Positions 1 through 7,730 of a DNA stretch of 32,000 bases are shown piece after piece. The position numbers were made by a program, and so were the translations under genes. Each line of letters starts with the position of its first letter. Within the stretch, counting starts at the first letter, position 1. The DNA comes from Desulfotalea psychrophila LSv54. Lineage in GTDB: Bacteria > Desulfobacterota > Desulfobulbia > Desulfobulbales > Desulfocapsaceae. Under the pieces are notes generated by a model. The model ran no database searches. It had not been told where the DNA came from and saw only the letters and a program-made list of their open reading frames with translations. The stretch is from assembly GCF_000025945.1 (NCBI RefSeq), contig NC_006138.1:1170001-1202000 (forward strand), in the 5' to 3' direction.

Positions 1-324
1 GAGTTTGGCGATGGGGGACAGGCTAGTTCCGGACGAAAAGAGCTGGTGGTTCAGGGCTTTGTCACAGCCGTTGCCAATCCTAAGGGTTGGGCCTTTTTTG
101 TCTCTCTCTTGCCGCCCTTTATCGATGCCAGCCAGCCTCTTACGCTTCAGCTGAGTATGCTTGTCTCTTTTATTCTGATCATTGAGTTCTGCTTTCTCCT
201 CTTCTATGCTCAGGGCGGTAAGACCCTGCGCAAGTTTTTGCAGAAGAGGGGCAATGTGCAACGGATTAACCGTCTTGCCGGAGTGATGATGGTGGCTGTT
301 GGCTTCTGGCTGGCCCTGGGCTAG
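1..324 (+). CDS. LysE/RhtB-family amino-acid exporter, C-terminal part (5' end lies outside the window)
   Basis: Frame 1 is open from base 1 to the stop at 322-324. The hydrophobic C-terminus has the motif NPKGWAFFVSLLP, matching NPKVIFFYIAFLP in the complete paralog at 19065-19679. Confidence 0.7.
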   Translation, partial: EFGDGGQASSGRKELVVQGFVTAVANPKGWAFFVSLLPPFIDASQPLTLQLSMLVSFILIIEFCFLLFYAQGGKTLRKFLQKRGNVQRINRLAGVMMVAVGFWLALG

Positions 325-339
325 TACAGTATAACAGTT

Positions 340-517
340 AACCACAGAGAGCACTGAGGACACAGAGGGAATTAATTAAAAAGCAACAGCGAAGCGTAGC
401 GAAGTGGCGAAAAGCGAAAAACGGTTAATCAGATAGAGGAAAAAATTGTAGCCGCTCTTACTCGCTAACTAATTTTATCTCATACAAAAACTCCGTGTTC
501 TCTGTGCTTCTGTGGTT
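340..517. repeat. Long imperfect inverted repeat (arms 340-368 and 491-517, ~120-nt spacer) between convergent genes
   Basis: Arm aaccacagagagcactgaggacacagagg pairs with the reverse complement of ctccgtgttctctgtgcttctgtggtt (about 23 of 27 positions). The 3' arm is followed by TTTTTTAAAAAAA. The spacer carries reiterated GCGAA units. Confidence 0.6.
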
Positions 518-541
518 TTTTAAAAAAAGTCCGACAGACTC

Positions 542-1864
542 CTAGGGCTTTTTCTTGAGTTGTTCTGCCTTCAGTGCCTGCCACCAGTCCAGGCGTTTCT
601 GGATATCTTTTTCAAAGCCGAAGGATGAGGGCTTGTAGTACTCCTGTTCCTCCATTTCCTCTGGGAAGTATCGTTGGTAGCTGTAGCTGTTTTCGTAGTC
701 GTGGGAGTAGCGGTAGTTCTTCTTGTATCCCAGTTCAGCCATAAGTCTGGTGGGGGCGTTGCAGATATCCAGAGGCACCTTGTGTTGTCCGGTTTTCAGG
801 GCATCTTCCCGAGCCTGGAGGTAGGCAATTTCAACCCGGTTGCTCTTTGGGGCGGTGGCCAGATAGATAACCAGTTGGGTCATGACCGTATTGGCCTCCG
901 GCATGCCCAAGAAGTGGACTGCATCTTTGCAGGCCACGGCTTGAACAAGTGCCTGTGGGTCGGCAAGGCCAACATCTTCCGTGGCGATTCGAACCAGCCT
1001 GCGGGTGATATACATGGGGTCTTCCCCCGACTCTAACATTCGGGCCAGCCAGTATATTGCCGCCTGTGGGTCACTGCCACGGATGGATTTCTGTAGGGCG
1101 GAGATGAGGTTGAAGTGCTCCTCTCCCCGTTTATCGTAAAAGAGTGATCGCTGCGAGATTGCCTGTATCGCCTTTTCTATGTCAATACTGTCTCCCGTCG
1201 CTCCGCTCCTGGCAACTGTTTCCAAGTGGTTGAGGGCCTTGCGTCCGTCTCCTCCGGATTTTTCGGCAAGCATTGTTAGGGCCTGATCGCTTATATGAAT
1301 CTCTCTGGGGATCTCTTTTAGGGCTCTGGTCATGATGGATTTTATATCTTCAATAGAGAGTGGCTGAAGGGTGAAGACATGGCAGCGGGAGAGAAGGGCG
1401 GAGATTACCTCAAAGGAGGGGTTTTCTGTGGTCGCCCCTAAAAGAACAATGGCACCTGATTCCACATAGGGAAGAAAGGCATCCTGTTGTGATTTGTTAA
1501 AGCGGTGAATTTCATCGACAAAGACCAGAGTCTTTTGCCCTTCTGCCTGTAGGCGAAAGCGGGCCTGTTCCATCAGGGCCTTTACCTCGGCAATTTTAGT
1601 AAGGACGGCACTGAGAGAGGCGAAGATATGTTTGGTGTGGGTTTCGATGAAGCGGGCGATGGTGGTCTTGCCGGTGCCGGGAGGGCCCCAGAGAATGAAG
1701 GATGAGTAGTCATCCTGCTCTATCATGGAACGTAGGATAGAACCTTTTTCCAGTAGCTTGTTCTGGCCATGGATCTCTTCAAGTTTCTGTGGACGGGCGC
1801 GTTCTGCGAGGGGGGCCTTGGTTGATGCGGGTATAGAATCAACCAGGCTGAACTGTTTTGACAT
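542..1864 (-). CDS. rarA: Replication-associated recombination protein A (AAA+ ATPase RarA/MgsA)
   Basis: 440-aa ORF with an ATG start. Walker A is GPPGTGKTT and Walker B is VFVDEIHRF. The MgsA-type C-terminal domain is present (SIRGSDPQAAIYWLARM, RGEEHFNLISAL). Confidence 0.9.
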   Translation of the reverse strand: MSKQFSLVDSIPASTKAPLAERARPQKLEEIHGQNKLLEKGSILRSMIEQDDYSSFILWGPPGTGKTTIARFIETHTKHIFASLSAVLTKIAEVKALMEQARFRLQAEGQKTLVFVDEIHRFNKSQQDAFLPYVESGAIVLLGATTENPSFEVISALLSRCHVFTLQPLSIEDIKSIMTRALKEIPREIHISDQALTMLAEKSGGDGRKALNHLETVARSGATGDSIDIEKAIQAISQRSLFYDKRGEEHFNLISALQKSIRGSDPQAAIYWLARMLESGEDPMYITRRLVRIATEDVGLADPQALVQAVACKDAVHFLGMPEANTVMTQLVIYLATAPKSNRVEIAYLQAREDALKTGQHKVPLDICNAPTRLMAELGYKKNYRYSHDYENSYSYQRYFPEEMEEQEYYKPSSFGFEKDIQKRLDWWQALKAEQLKKKP

Positions 1865-1897
1865 GGCGCAAACCTCCTGTAGTGTACAGCAGAAACA

Positions 1898-1931
1898 GCA
1901 ATGCCCAGTATGAAAACATACTGGGCATTGC
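1898..1931 (-). terminator. Perfect 15-bp stem / 4-nt loop hairpin just 3' of the tRNA gene
   Basis: gcaatgcccagtatg-aaaa-catactgggcattgc. It lies between the tRNA 3' end (1942) and the rarA start (1864). There is no strong U-tract, so terminator function is inferred. Confidence 0.55.
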
Positions 1932-1941
1932 GGATAATTTC

Positions 1942-2018
1942 TGGTGCACCCGAAGGGATTCGAACCCCTGACACCCAGGTTCGAAGCCTGGTGCTCTATC
2001 CAGCTGAGCTACGAGTGC
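1942..2018 (-). tRNA. tRNA-Arg (anticodon UCG), CCA encoded
   Basis: The reverse complement GCACTCGTAGCTCAGCTGGATAGAGCACCAGGCTTCGAACCTGGGTGTCAGGGGTTCGAATCCCTTCGGGTGCACCA folds by hand into a 77-nt cloverleaf. The stems are 7-bp acceptor, GCTC/GAGC D stem, CCAGG/CCTGG anticodon stem and a TTCGAAT T-loop. The anticodon loop is CTTCGAA. Confidence 0.9.
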
Positions 2019-2695
2019 ACAACGTGCACAATAAATACCATGTTATTTTCTTTCGGTCAAGGATAAAGGTTGAGCTTAAGTTCTGGTTGCGTCCGGGGCA
2101 TAACTCAAAGAAATTCTATGAAAAATATATGGGTTGAGTCTTCTCTTTTATCCTGGCGATTTTCTGGGGCAAACGCATGGGCAAGGGACTGCCTTCTGGG
2201 GTGCCTCTTACGCTTTTGTCGTTTTTTTAGGGTAGAAATTTTATACGGGCGTATTTTATGTGGCCTTGAGGCTAATAAAATCAAATTTTAACAGTATGTT
2301 TATCTGTGCTTCCGGGGCTGGGTCGAGGGGCTGGGGCGATAGTTTTCTTGCGCAAACAAGATAAAGATGCTATTTTAAAATGTTTAACTTTTTCTTCTTA
2401 CTCTGTTCTGAGTAGATTACTCACTTTTAGACTGACACGTCTAGTAGCTGATGGCTCTTTGCCTCTGCTTTGAGTGTAATCGTGCGGATGTGAATATGGC
2501 ATTGCCTCTGAGGGGTCCATTAAAGTAGCTTACTATCCTGAGACCAGACTCCTCTTCTTCTGCCCTGTCTTGCAGATGATTCTCTTGACCCTATAGGAAC
2601 CTTGCTAGAAAAGAAACATTATGCCTTAAGGCATTGAATTTATAATTTGTTATATTGTATTTATATTAATTTTTATTTTTGAAGGACGAGAGATA

Positions 2696-3880
2696 ATGTG
2701 TAATCAGACGACAAAGCCTGTTGAGTTTATTATGCCACCGATAACGGTTATAGGTTCAGGAGCAATCAGAGAGTTACCGGAACGACTTGTTGCAATTCAG
2801 GGAACAAAGCCCCTGGTTGTTACTGATAAGGGGATGACTGCTCTTGGCGTTACTGCAACCATCGTAGGTATATTAGAAAAGGCTGGCATGGCCTGTGCTG
2901 TTTATGATGAGACTGTGCCCAACCCAACCGATAAAAATGTTGAAGCTGGTCTTGCCGCATATGTGGCCCATGGTTGTGACTCTATTATTACCCTTGGTGG
3001 TGGTAGTGCCCATGATTGTGGTAAGGGTATTGGCCTGGTGGCAACCAACGGTGGCAGAATTCATGACTATGAAGGTGTCAATAAATCTCATGCTCGTATG
3101 CCGAGTTTTATTGCGATTAACACCACAGCAGGAACTGCCTCGGAGATGACTCGTTTCTGTATCATCACCGACAGTGTGCGTAAGGTGAAGATGACAATTG
3201 TCGATCGTCGTGTAACTCCTCGCCTTGCCATGGATGATCCTGATCTGATGTTGGGCCTTCCTCCCGGTCTTACCGCTGCAACCGGTCTTGACGCCCTGAC
3301 TCACGCTATTGAAGCATTTGTCTCCACCGATGCTACCCATATGACCGATGCCAATGCTGAAAAGGCAATTAAGTTGATTGCCAAGTATCTGCGTCGTGCC
3401 GTGGGGAATGGTCGCAATGTTGAGGCTCGTGAGGCGATGTGTTATGCCCAGTATCAGGCGGGGATGGCCTTTAATAACGCAGGGCTTGGCTATGTGCATG
3501 CCATGGCCCATCAGCTTGGCGGTTATCTCAATTTACCCCATGGTGAGTGTAACGCAATCCTTCTGCCCTATGTCTGTGAGTTCAATATGATTGCCTGTAT
3601 GGATCGTTTTGCCGAGATGGCAGACCTCCTTGGGGTCAAAGAGGGGGCCCGCACTCAGAGGGAGATGGCTCTTAATGTAATTAAGGCGATCAGGGATCTG
3701 ATGGATGATGTGGCTATTCCACCAAGCCTTACCGCTCTGGCAGCTAAGTATGGTAAGACAGTCAATCCGGAAGATTTTGTTATGATGGCCGAAAATGCCA
3801 TGAAGGATGCCTGTGCTGCCACCAATCCGCGGCGGATGAGCATGGAAAATATTATTGCCATCTACCAGGCCGTTCTCTAG
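2696..3880 (+). CDS. Iron-containing (group III) alcohol dehydrogenase (FucO/DhaT/methanol-DH-like)
   Basis: 394 aa. Motifs include GGGSAHDCGKGIG, the metal and nucleotide region DALTHAIEAF, and HAMAHQLGGYLNLPHGECNA. SD GAAGGA lies 9 nt before the ATG. Confidence 0.85.
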   Translation: MCNQTTKPVEFIMPPITVIGSGAIRELPERLVAIQGTKPLVVTDKGMTALGVTATIVGILEKAGMACAVYDETVPNPTDKNVEAGLAAYVAHGCDSIITLGGGSAHDCGKGIGLVATNGGRIHDYEGVNKSHARMPSFIAINTTAGTASEMTRFCIITDSVRKVKMTIVDRRVTPRLAMDDPDLMLGLPPGLTAATGLDALTHAIEAFVSTDATHMTDANAEKAIKLIAKYLRRAVGNGRNVEAREAMCYAQYQAGMAFNNAGLGYVHAMAHQLGGYLNLPHGECNAILLPYVCEFNMIACMDRFAEMADLLGVKEGARTQREMALNVIKAIRDLMDDVAIPPSLTALAAKYGKTVNPEDFVMMAENAMKDACAATNPRRMSMENIIAIYQAVL

Positions 3881-3917
3881 GGTTCTAGGCTGGAGTATCG
3901 GTTGTTATGCTTTTAAG

Positions 3918-3960
3918 AAAAGAGCCCCCGAAGCCTTTAAGGTTCGGGGGCTCTTTTTGT
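3918..3960 (+). terminator. Rho-independent terminator of the alcohol dehydrogenase gene
   Basis: aaaagagcccccgaa / ttcgggggctct stem (12+ bp, GC-rich) followed by TTTTT, 38 nt after the stop codon. Confidence 0.85.
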
Positions 3961-4005
3961 TATGCTCTCTTGCCCTGCCAGTCGGTATTTCCTTAGGGCT
4001 GGGTA

Positions 4006-5133
4006 TTGCCGTTGAGATATGGTAATTTACCTTTTAAATTTCTAACCGTGCCGGAATTACCCTGTTTTTCTGGTGCTCTCATAAAGTCTTATCTAATCGG
4101 GTGCCTCTCCTTGAAATCCAATCCATTTCCTGAAAACGCCGCAGGCCTTGCCAAAAAATACCTCAGCCCGGAGATCTTGCAGGCGCTCAAAGGTGAAACA
4201 ACGGACAGTGGCTTTACCCTGGCCATGGCCATCCGCTCCGGAGTGCTTAATCCGGATAGTTCCATTGGCATATATGCGGGCGATGCCCAATCTTATCGGA
4301 CATTCGCAGCGATTTTACATCCCATCATTGAGGAATACCATGGGGTTTCTGGGGAGGTGCGTCAGGAGTCTGATCTGGCCGCAGTAACTCTTGCGAACCT
4401 TGACCCCGAGGGCAGATATATTCGCTCCAGCCGGGTACGGGTGGCCAGAAACCTCAGGGGCTTTCCCTTTACCAACCATCTTAAGCTGGAGGAGAGAAGA
4501 CGGTTGGAGGAGAAGATTGTAGCGGCCCTCTCCGTTCTTGCAGATGATCTCAGGGGGGAGTATCACTCCTTTGAACTGCTTGGGGCGGAGAAGATGGCCG
4601 CGCTCAGGGCTGAGAAGCTCATCTTTTCTAAGGGGGACAGGTTTCAGGAGGCGGCTGGCTTTAATGCCGATTTTCCAAAATCGAGGGGGATTTTCTTTTC
4701 AGCGGATAAGGGCCTTAGGATATGGCTGGGGGAAGAGGATCATATGCGTATTATCAGCCAAGAGGGATCGGCTGATCTGGCCGCAGTCTTCAACCGTCTT
4801 GGTCGGGCTCTTACGACTCTTGAGGCGAGCCTGGACTTTGTTCGGGATGAGAGCTATGGCTACTTGAGCTCCTGTCCCACCAATATTGGTACCACCATGA
4901 GGGCCGGCGTCCATATTTATCTGGAAAAGCTTAACTGTAACCGGCAGCTACTTGATGCTCTCACCGAAAAACATGATTTGCAGATTCGGGGCACAGGCGG
5001 TGAGAAGACCGAGGTGGATGGTGCCGTCTTTGATATTAGCAATAGAAGGCGTCTGGGCATCTCCGAACGACAGATTATCACTGGCCTCCATGCCGGCCTG
5101 CAGGAGATCATCGAAGCGGAAAAATCCCTCTGA
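4006..5133 (+). CDS. Arginine-kinase-type phosphagen (ATP:guanidino) kinase
   Basis: Signature blocks of eukaryote-type arginine kinases are present. These are the N-terminal domain SGVLNPDSSIGIYAGDAQSYRTF..PIIEEYHG, plus EEDHMRIIS, CPTNIGTTMRAGVHI and RGTGGEKTEVDGAVFDISNRRRLG. The start is uncertain. 4006 is TTG, in-frame GTG 4048 and TTG 4111 are alternatives, and there is no in-frame ATG or clear SD. Confidence 0.85.
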   Translation: MPLRYGNLPFKFLTVPELPCFSGALIKSYLIGCLSLKSNPFPENAAGLAKKYLSPEILQALKGETTDSGFTLAMAIRSGVLNPDSSIGIYAGDAQSYRTFAAILHPIIEEYHGVSGEVRQESDLAAVTLANLDPEGRYIRSSRVRVARNLRGFPFTNHLKLEERRRLEEKIVAALSVLADDLRGEYHSFELLGAEKMAALRAEKLIFSKGDRFQEAAGFNADFPKSRGIFFSADKGLRIWLGEEDHMRIISQEGSADLAAVFNRLGRALTTLEASLDFVRDESYGYLSSCPTNIGTTMRAGVHIYLEKLNCNRQLLDALTEKHDLQIRGTGGEKTEVDGAVFDISNRRRLGISERQIITGLHAGLQEIIEAEKSL

Positions 5134-5291
5134 TTCTAAGGCAGGTCCAGAAACGAAGAAAGTGGCTTATAGCAAGATGCTGTGAGTCCTTTTGAAATTG
5201 TGGTGTGGGCGTGGACGGGAGGTTGTGTGGCGGCTTGTCGAAGCCATAGAAAGACTTTTGTTGAGCGGCCCTGTTCAGCCATTATCTGCCC

Positions 5292-5528
5292 TTATTGGAG
5301 AAGATCTTTTTTTATCTGTGCAAATTCTTCTTTGCTTATCTCTCCTCTGGCGTATCGTTTTTTCAGGATATCGAGGGCAGACTCTGGACCCTGCGCATGA
5401 TCGGAGTCAGACCATGGTCCTCTGGCAGTTCCCCGGCCAAATATCAGGTAGATGACAACCAGTAGGGCAACAATCACAGAAATCGGAAACATCCACATTC
5501 CACCCATCCAAAAAAATTCCGGTCCCAT
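5292..5528 (-). CDS. Small membrane protein with C-terminal SHOCT domain
   Basis: One N-terminal TM helix followed by ILKKRYARGEISKEEFAQIKKDL, the SHOCT motif. The start is reassigned to ATG 5528 because SD GGAGA lies 6 nt upstream. The ORF-track start 5534 is GTG. Confidence 0.7.
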   Translation of the reverse strand: MGPEFFWMGGMWMFPISVIVALLVVIYLIFGRGTARGPWSDSDHAQGPESALDILKKRYARGEISKEEFAQIKKDLLQ

Positions 5529-5704
5529 TTTCACTCTCCTCTGTTTTTACATAGGGGCGATACATGGCATTGTACGCATGTTGGAATGGTATCACGGGGC
5601 CCTGGAAAAACAAAACTTAGGGCAAGGTCTAACTTGGGTGAGTAGAGCTCTTTTGGGAAGGGAAGGTGGCGATAGTTGTAGAGGGGCATCATGGGTACAG
5701 GTGA

Positions 5705-5728
5705 GCGGAAGAGGCTTGCCTCTTCCGC
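5705..5728 (-). terminator. GC-rich stem-loop 12 nt downstream of the small lipoprotein gene
   Basis: gcggaagagg-cttg-cctcttccgc is a 10-bp perfect stem. Neither strand has a U-tract, so terminator function is uncertain. Confidence 0.3.
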
Positions 5729-5739
5729 AAGGGCTGAGC

Positions 5740-5931
5740 CTATTCTGTGGCCTCGTGGATCTTTTCTTTTACTGAGCTGAAGATTGTGTCGATTTTTTTA
5801 CCAGCTTGCTCTGCGTTAAAGGCCTTATCTATTTTTTTGCCTACTTTTTCTGCGCCGCCCTCTTGGTCACAGGCCGTGATTGAAAATGCTAAGGCCAGCA
5901 GGGCGATAAGCAGTATTGTCTTAATTTTCAT
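5740..5931 (-). CDS. Small secreted lipoprotein (63 aa) of unknown function
   Basis: An internal ATG at 5931 is preceded by SD AAGGAGAG. The signal peptide MKIKTILLIALLALAFSITAC carries a lipobox. The mature part has reiterated GKKIDxxF units. Confidence 0.6.
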   Translation of the reverse strand: MKIKTILLIALLALAFSITACDQEGGAEKVGKKIDKAFNAEQAGKKIDTIFSSVKEKIHEATE

Positions 5932-5942
5932 CTCTTCTCTCC

Positions 5943-6104
5943 TTATTTGTTTTTTGCCACAACCCATACGGCATGGACAATCCCGGGGATATATCCGCAT
6001 AGGGTTAAAATAATATTAATCCAGAAGTGTTTGCCGATACCAACCTGGAGAAAGGCGCCTAAGGGTGGCAGTATGATTGCGCATATGATTTTGATAAGTT
6101 CCAT
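5943..6104 (-). CDS. Pmp3/YqaE (UPF0057) family stress-induced proteolipid
   Basis: 53 aa from ATG 6104: MELIKIICAIILPPLGAFLQVG..HFWINIILTLCGYIPGIVHAVWVV. This is the characteristic two-TM Pmp3 pattern. Confidence 0.8.
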   Translation of the reverse strand: MELIKIICAIILPPLGAFLQVGIGKHFWINIILTLCGYIPGIVHAVWVVAKNK

Positions 6105-6178
6105 GGATGTATCCCTATGTCTCAAATGTGGTTAATGGCTGGGGCCTGTATTAGGCCTTTCGCCTATGAGCTCTGTTT

Positions 6179-6210
6179 GTAATAAATAGAGTGGACTGTG
6201 ACAAGTGAAG
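6179..6210 (-). promoter_or_regulatory. Conserved 32-nt upstream box (copy 1), ~75 nt upstream of the Pmp3-like gene
   Basis: gtaataaatagagtggactgtgacaagtgaag matches 18901-18932 at 29 of 32 positions. On the minus strand it reads CTTCACTTGTCACAGTCCACTCTATTTATTAC, with -35-like TTGTCA and an AT-rich downstream part. Confidence 0.4.
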
Positions 6211-6257
6211 TTTTTAGAGTTGTTTGGTAGGGGGGCGGGAAAAACGGGGACGAGCGG

Positions 6258-6287
6258 AAATTCAAAAGGAATTCAGGGGAAAATTCC
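6258..6287 (-). terminator. Weak hairpin plus U-run downstream of the response-regulator gene
   Basis: On the minus strand, ggaatt-ttcccctg-aattcc is followed by TTTTGAATTT. It lies inside repeat copy F (6262-6330). Confidence 0.35.
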
Positions 6288-6365
6288 ATAAGTGCCTTGC
6301 CCATTGTGGTGGAGATGGTTGTGCAGGATTTGTCTGCCAGCCCGTTGGAATGTCAGGTTTACCGA

Positions 6366-7730
6366 CTATCCCTGGCTTTCTTCATAGCGTTGCAACTTAC
6401 GGTAGAGGGTTTTTCGGTCAAGCTGAAGAATTCGCGCGGCCAGGGTTCTGTTATTATCTGAAACTTTTAATACATGGGTAATATAGCGTCTCTCCATCTC
6501 TTCCATGGAGACAAGTTCCATGGGGTCCTGGTCTCCCAGAAGGATGCAGTCGCCCCGGAAATGCCGAATCTTTTCAGGAAGATCTTCTGGCATAAGTGTG
6601 TCAAAAGCAGTGAGCGCTACTGCGTGCTCGATGGCATTGCGCAGTTCTCGAACATTACCCGGCCAGGCGTAGCGCAGGAGTTTCCCGGCCACAGTATCGG
6701 AAAACCCTATAACCTTCTTCTCTTGCCGAGTGGCAAAGGCATCCATGAACTTCTTGGCCAGGAGCAAAATATCCGCTCCTCGTGAGCGCAGGGGGGGGAG
6801 TTCAATCTTGATAACATTGAGACGGTAGTAAAGGTCTTCTCGAAAAAGGCCATCCTCCACAGCCGACTCAAGATCACGATTGGTAGCGGCAATGATTCGT
6901 ACATCAAAGGGAAGCTCTCTTTGCCCACCTACGGGCCGCACGCACCGCTCCTCAAGGGCCCGTAAAAGTTTAGGCTGAAGCTTCAACGGAATTTCACCCA
7001 CCTCGTCGAGAAAAAGGGTGCCACCGTTTGCTGCCATAAAGAGGCCTGAATTATGGTTTTGGGCATCGGTAAAGGCACCTTTTTTATGTCCAAAGAGTTC
7101 ACTTTCAAGAAGCTGGCCGGGCATAGCGGCACAGTTGATGGTGATCAGGGGATTGTCTCTGCGACGACTATGCGTATGCACAGCCTTGGCAGTAAGTTCT
7201 TTGCCTGAACCACTTTCCCCGCTAATAAGAAGTGATGCCTCTGAATCTGCAATGCGGGCAAGCTGAGAAAAGAGTTTTTCCATAACAGGGCTTTCGCCCA
7301 TGAGGTTGTCAAAATGCTGTGGTTGCCCGATTTGATCACTGAGCTTTTTGACCCGGACCTTGAGTTCGCGATACTGTACAGCTCGCTCAAGACTCAGGGC
7401 CAGGATATCAATATCAAGGGGTTTGGTTACAAAGTCATAGGCACCTGAACGAATGGCTGATATAGCCGTATCCATACTACCGAAGGCGGTCATTATAATA
7501 ACCGGTATATCCGGCGTATTGGCCACAACCTCTTTACAAATATCAAGACCATTGGCATCGGGGAGATTGATATCTGACAGAACCACGTCTGTTGTTTCAG
7601 GATTGATGGCAGCCAGCCCCTCCTGCCCTGAAATATAGGTGGAGACGGCAAAACCACGCCGACGCAAACCCATCGCCAGCATATCACACATATCCTGATC
7701 ATCTTCTATGATGAGGATATTAGATTTCAT
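6366..7730 (-). CDS. Sigma54-dependent response regulator (NtrC family: REC + AAA+ + Fis-type HTH)
   Basis: REC domain (ILIIEDD..., LSDINLPDANG). AAA+ motifs are GESGSGKE, ESELFGH, the loop GAFTDA, and a TLFLDEVGE Walker B. The C-terminal HTH is NNRTLAARILQLDRKTLYRKL. Confidence 0.9.
   Translation of the reverse strand: MKSNILIIEDDQDMCDMLAMGLRRRGFAVSTYISGQEGLAAINPETTDVVLSDINLPDANGLDICKEVVANTPDIPVIIMTAFGSMDTAISAIRSGAYDFVTKPLDIDILALSLERAVQYRELKVRVKKLSDQIGQPQHFDNLMGESPVMEKLFSQLARIADSEASLLISGESGSGKELTAKAVHTHSRRRDNPLITINCAAMPGQLLESELFGHKKGAFTDAQNHNSGLFMAANGGTLFLDEVGEIPLKLQPKLLRALEERCVRPVGGQRELPFDVRIIAATNRDLESAVEDGLFREDLYYRLNVIKIELPPLRSRGADILLLAKKFMDAFATRQEKKVIGFSDTVAGKLLRYAWPGNVRELRNAIEHAVALTAFDTLMPEDLPEKIRHFRGDCILLGDQDPMELVSMEEMERRYITHVLKVSDNNRTLAARILQLDRKTLYRKLQRYEESQG

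Noticed and set aside
674-1036. Antisense or shadow ORFs inside well-supported genes. Examples are 674-1036, 2873-3511, 10781-11383, 14991-15455, 27862-28164 and 31349-31783, plus many 60-110-aa ORFs in the track.
   Set aside because: Each lies fully within a longer ORF on the opposite strand or in another frame that has clear family motifs and an RBS. Their translations are low-complexity or Arg/Ser/Pro-rich, as is typical of antisense frames.
1723-2291. ORFs 1723-1974, 1901-2137 and 2070-2291 around the tRNA.
   Set aside because: They overlap the tRNA-Arg gene, its hairpin or the rarA start. They have no RBS and no recognisable motifs.
4006-5133. McsB-type protein arginine kinase, the usual bacterial ATP:guanidino phosphotransferase.
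   Set aside because: The protein has the N-terminal helical domain block and the EEDHMRIIS block of true arginine kinases. There is no adjacent mcsA/clpC/ctsR context.
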